Shown here piece by piece: positions 60,362 through 64,000 of a stretch of 64,000 nt of DNA. Numbering within the stretch: the stretch's first letter is position 1; every line of letters starts with the position of its first letter. The stretch is from Enterobacter phage ZX14. The position numbers and the translations under genes were made by a program. The notes beneath the pieces were generated by a model that did not search any database, was not told the origin of the DNA, and saw nothing but the letters and a program-made list of their open reading frames with translations. Where the stretch lies: sequence record PP236086.1. One strand, given 5' to 3'.

Positions 60362-61423
60362 ATGCAGGTAAAAGAATTAACAGACATAGTGAGTGGTTGG
60401 AACACCGGTGAAAAAATATCGGCCGGGCAATCTAAAATCGCTCCTATCCAAAAGACCATAAGTGCTCAATATCCTGCAGAACGTTCTTCTGGTAATGATT
60501 CTACTGGCGATTTTAGAGTTTCCGATCTTTATAAAAATGGGCTGTTATTTACAGCCTATGATTATTCAGCTAGAACAACTCCAGATATGAGGTCATTAAG
60601 AGAACAGTTCCAAAGAGGATTAGGCAGCGGTAACTTCAATCCATTGAAAAACTTTATTAGTGGGTCATACACAACAGATAAGTTTAATAGTACTCCAGTT
60701 GCTAACTTATTATTACCACGTTCTAAGTCGGATACTGATTCTGTTAGTCATCGTTTTAATGATGTTGGTGAATCACTTATTACTAAAGGCGGTAATACAG
60801 CCACAGGTATTTTAAGTAACGTTGCTTCTACATCCGTATTCGGTGCAATAGAAAGTATTACCCAAGGCGTAATGGCTGATAATGGCGAACAGATTTATAC
60901 TACCGCACGTAGTATGTACGCCGGTCCAGACAACCGTACTAAAGTATTTACCTGGGAATTAACCCCACGTAATGTACAAGACCTTATTCAAATTATCAAA
61001 ATCTATGAAGTCTTTAATTATTTTTCTTATGGTGAAACAGGTAACTCTGCATTTGCCGAAGACCTTAAAGAAAAAATAGATTCTTGGTATAAATCGACCT
61101 TCTTTAAAAAAGAAGCTATCGAATCATTTGACGGGCAATTAGTAGGTGAACAGATTACCTCATTCCTTTCTAAGGTTATTGTTGTAAGTAACCCTACAGT
61201 ATGGTTTATTAGAAACTTCGGTACTACAAGTTCATTTGATGGTAAGGCTGATATCTTTGGTCCATGTCAAATCCAAAGTATAAGATTTGACAAAACTCCT
61301 GATGGTAATTTCAATGGATTAGCAGTAGCTCCTAACTTACCTAACACGTTTGTTCTGGAAATTACATTCCGTGAAATCCTTACTCTTAACCGTGGCAATT
61401 TATATATGGGTGGTATTCAATAA
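60362..61423 (+). CDS. 48: gp48 baseplate tail tube cap
   Basis: 353 aa (T4 364 aa). Confidence 0.8.
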   Translation: MQVKELTDIVSGWNTGEKISAGQSKIAPIQKTISAQYPAERSSGNDSTGDFRVSDLYKNGLLFTAYDYSARTTPDMRSLREQFQRGLGSGNFNPLKNFISGSYTTDKFNSTPVANLLLPRSKSDTDSVSHRFNDVGESLITKGGNTATGILSNVASTSVFGAIESITQGVMADNGEQIYTTARSMYAGPDNRTKVFTWELTPRNVQDLIQIIKIYEVFNYFSYGETGNSAFAEDLKEKIDSWYKSTFFKKEAIESFDGQLVGEQITSFLSKVIVVSNPTVWFIRNFGTTSSFDGKADIFGPCQIQSIRFDKTPDGNFNGLAVAPNLPNTFVLEITFREILTLNRGNLYMGGIQ

Positions 61424-62400
61424 TGTTTACATTACAAGAATTCCAAAACCAGGCAGCTAATATAGATTTCCAGCGTAATAACCTTTTTAGTGTGGTCTTC
61501 GCGACCACACCTTCTTCTAAATCACAATCATTGCTTGACCAGTTCGGTGGAGCAATTTTTAATAATCTTCCGTTAGATACCGATTGGTTTGGATTAAAAC
61601 AGGGTGAAATTACTCAAGGAATAACTACATTAGTTACCGCTGGGACACAGCAATTAATTAGAAAATCAGGTGTAAGCAAATACCTTATTGGGGCAATGTC
61701 TAATAGGGTTGTGCAGAGTTTATTAGGTGAGTTTGAAGTAGGAACTTATTTGATGGACTTCTTCAATATGGCTTATCCTACTGCAGGCTTAATGGTACAT
61801 ACCGTTAAAGTTCCGGACAACCAGTTGAACCATGAAATGGATTTAAACCATAATGCCCCTAACATTAAAATAACTGGTAGAGAGTATTCGCCATTTGTTT
61901 TAGGTTTCCGAATGGACTCTGAAGCCGCTAACTACAGAGCATTTAATGACTGGGTTAATAGTGTCCAAGACCCGGTGAGTGGATTGCGTGCATTACCTGA
62001 AGATGTCGAAGCTGATATCCAAGTTAACCTGCATGCCCGTAATGGGCTTCCACATACGGTCGTAATGTTGCAAGGGTGTGTCCCTGTGGGCGTCAGCGCC
62101 CCTGAATTATCATACGAAGGTGATAATACTGTGACAACTTTCGATGTCACCTTCGCATACAGGGTGATGTCTATCGGCGCCGTAGGAAAACAAGCTGCGA
62201 TTGAATGGCTTGAAGATAAAACTATTAATGCTATTACCAAAATTAATGGCGAACGTTCGTTGAGTTCTCAATTAGCAGGATTAAGTAGACTATCTGGTGC
62301 TCAATCAGGAATGACTAACTTACTTAATGGATTTGGTAGTGGTGGGCTGAATGCTGGGATAGGAAGAATAGTTGGGACTGGAACTAGCAGGTTATTCTAA
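61423..62400 (+). CDS. 54: gp54 baseplate tail tube initiator
   Basis: 325 aa (T4 320 aa). Confidence 0.8.
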   Translation: MFTLQEFQNQAANIDFQRNNLFSVVFATTPSSKSQSLLDQFGGAIFNNLPLDTDWFGLKQGEITQGITTLVTAGTQQLIRKSGVSKYLIGAMSNRVVQSLLGEFEVGTYLMDFFNMAYPTAGLMVHTVKVPDNQLNHEMDLNHNAPNIKITGREYSPFVLGFRMDSEAANYRAFNDWVNSVQDPVSGLRALPEDVEADIQVNLHARNGLPHTVVMLQGCVPVGVSAPELSYEGDNTVTTFDVTFAYRVMSIGAVGKQAAIEWLEDKTINAITKINGERSLSSQLAGLSRLSGAQSGMTNLLNGFGSGGLNAGIGRIVGTGTSRLF

Positions 62401-62402
62401 CG

Positions 62403-62430
62403 AAAAAAGGGAGAGCTTTTGCTCTCCCTT
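62403..62430. terminator. bidirectional terminator between gene 54 and the minus-strand ORF
   Basis: GGGAGAGC-UUUU-GCUCUCCC with an A-run upstream, which gives a U-run on the minus strand. Confidence 0.6.
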
Positions 62431-62436
62431 AGGGGT

Positions 62437-62766
62437 TTATTTACGGAAGCCTAAGAACGCAGGGATGGTAATGTCTGGTTCAGGAAGTTCATCAGCCGAG
62501 TTGAAAATATCAAATGACTCGATGTCAATAAAGACGTCAATTACTACTGGCGCTTCACTTTCAAATTGGCCTGTAATAATACCAGTGAAGATATTATCGG
62601 TATGCTCTTCATTTACAAAGTTAGCAACAGGACGGATGTTGAACTGAGCTTTTTCACCAAACACTTTACGAAGTTCTGACACAACTTTATCATTGAAAGC
62701 CACGTCTACTGGACGTACATCTTCAACATAAGCTTCTTTACCATTTACTCGAATGAATGAACGCAT
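62437..62766 (-). CDS. hypothetical protein (alt.-1 position)
   Basis: 109 aa with a GAGGATATC SD and an early promoter at 62797-62826. Confidence 0.45.
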   Translation of the reverse strand: MRSFIRVNGKEAYVEDVRPVDVAFNDKVVSELRKVFGEKAQFNIRPVANFVNEEHTDNIFTGIITGQFESEAPVVIDVFIDIESFDIFNSADELPEPDITIPAFLGFRK

Positions 62767-62796
62767 TTTGATATCCTCACTTGTGATTGAGATTAC

Positions 62797-62826
62797 ATCA
62801 TAACACGTTCATTCGAGCTTGTAAAC
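62797..62826 (-). promoter_or_regulatory. T4-type early promoter
   Basis: Minus strand reads GTTTAC-N18-TATGAT with a TGT extended -10. Confidence 0.5.
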
Positions 62827-64000
62827 TACTCTACAAATTTAGGTGGAGTATCTTCAATGTCGATGAAGGAAGCAAGCAATCCAAGACCTACAGTGGTTGA
62901 TTTAACAAACTTACTGAAGTCTACTTTGACCGGCTCAACTTCGTCCATGTCCATAGCAACCAGTTCACCGGATTCTACTAAAGCATCGCCATCGTAGACA
63001 ACCATGGATTCGTTCAGAGCATCGGCCGTCATAACTTCAGCCTGGATGAATTTCTGGTTATCATATATAAGGCCATCAGAATAAGAAGCATCTGTGATTT
63101 TATCGATTTGAAGCATAGTGCCACGTGGTAAAATAACTTCCATTTCACCGGACATATTACTCAGGTCACCAGGATAAACAACGTTAATCTTATGCGCGCC
63201 TTCGATAGCCCAACCAATCATTACTCGAGTTTTTTCGTATTGGAGAACATCTTGAGCAGCATGGTACTCGTCGTTAAGCCCGAGTTCGGCGTTAGTTGGC
63301 AAATCCATTTTAACAGTTTCTGCTTCGTTATCAGGTCTATTCAATACTGCACGAGTATTATCTGATGTCATTGCTACTGCCTGATTACCTTTCCAACCAC
63401 CAAAGATAATAGGAGACAATGAAGTAGAAACAAAGTTACGGAAATAGAATACACGGTTCTTAACGAGTGCTTCAAAAATAGGCTTACGTACAGTTTGTGA
63501 GCGCCATAATGTCAGGCCTTCAGGTAAACGGTCACCTTTCTTAAAAGCATCATCAAGGTTTTTAATAGCCGTAGTAACTTCTTTTTCAGTTAGCGTATCA
63601 TAATTAGCCGCGTCATAACGTCCTAAAAGCATATTGTTGATGTCTGAATATCCAGAACCAACATATTCCTTAATACCACGTTTTTCCGCATTAGTGTACT
63701 GAAGAGGAGTACGAGTCGTCGTAATCATTTCAATAGAAGATGAAACATTCTTTGCATAGCCTTGAAGAGCTGCCTTAATCATTTTAGTACGTTCTATGTT
63801 CCAAAGATTATATGCCATTTCTTCTTTATCTTTCTGTTCAAGATATTGTGGAACCCGTGTCATAATATGTTCCATTGCTTCATGTTTACGTTCTTCAAGG
63901 GTATCAAGAAGAGTTTGAACATAAGCCTGCATACTCTGAACAGAAGTTAATGGCGCATCGCCTAAACGTTTGGTTAATTCGGCTGCGAATTTACTTTCAA
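62826..64000 (-). CDS. alt: Alt-like ADP-ribosyltransferase, C-terminal portion; gene probably continues past the window end
   Basis: ART motifs: R (LTLWRSQ), STS (FVSTSLSP) and ExE (GEMEVILPRG). Located after gene 54 on the minus strand, as T4 alt is. T4 Alt is 682 aa, so the N-terminus lies outside the window. Confidence 0.6.
   Translation of the reverse strand, partial: ESKFAAELTKRLGDAPLTSVQSMQAYVQTLLDTLEERKHEAMEHIMTRVPQYLEQKDKEEMAYNLWNIERTKMIKAALQGYAKNVSSSIEMITTTRTPLQYTNAEKRGIKEYVGSGYSDINNMLLGRYDAANYDTLTEKEVTTAIKNLDDAFKKGDRLPEGLTLWRSQTVRKPIFEALVKNRVFYFRNFVSTSLSPIIFGGWKGNQAVAMTSDNTRAVLNRPDNEAETVKMDLPTNAELGLNDEYHAAQDVLQYEKTRVMIGWAIEGAHKINVVYPGDLSNMSGEMEVILPRGTMLQIDKITDASYSDGLIYDNQKFIQAEVMTADALNESMVVYDGDALVESGELVAMDMDEVEPVKVDFSKFVKSTTVGLGLLASFIDIEDTPPKFVE

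Overview
This window is a T4-like (Tevenvirinae) myovirus genome segment in T4 gene order. From 1 to about 15.7 kb a minus-strand early region runs from lysozyme e (its N-terminus runs off the window start) through nudE to a block of about 30 small, mostly unknown early ORFs. That block contains two tandem paralog families, a PspA/IM30-like protein, a NADAR/YbiA-like protein and two internal-protein (ipI-like) genes with capsid-targeting sequences. It also holds a tRNA gene cluster of at least 10 tRNAs, several of them atypical, with unassigned structured RNA space between them. Downstream on the same strand lie 57B, 57A and gene 1 (dNMP kinase), then genes 3, 2 and 4. From about 17 to 48.3 kb the plus-strand late module encodes 53, 5, 5.1, a PAAR-like 5.4, 6 to 12, wac, 13 to 20, 67, 68, 21, 22, 23 and two tandem gene-24 paralogs. 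From 48.3 to 64 kb come rnlB, small ORFs, a Hoc-like Ig-repeat protein, an inh-position ORF, uvsW, uvsW.1, a small zinc-ribbon ORF, uvsY, 25, 26, 51, 27, 28, 29, 48, 54 and an Alt-like ADP-ribosyltransferase truncated by the window end. Regulatory signals include about 10 T4-type early promoters (GTTTAC, 18 bp spacer, TAnnnT) whose -10 sits inside a short hairpin, about 10 TATAAATA late promoters (two palindromic and bidirectional) and UUCG-tetraloop hairpin terminators. No CRISPR array, integrase or transposon was found. All calls rest on reading the sequence plus recalled T4 family knowledge; no database search was run.
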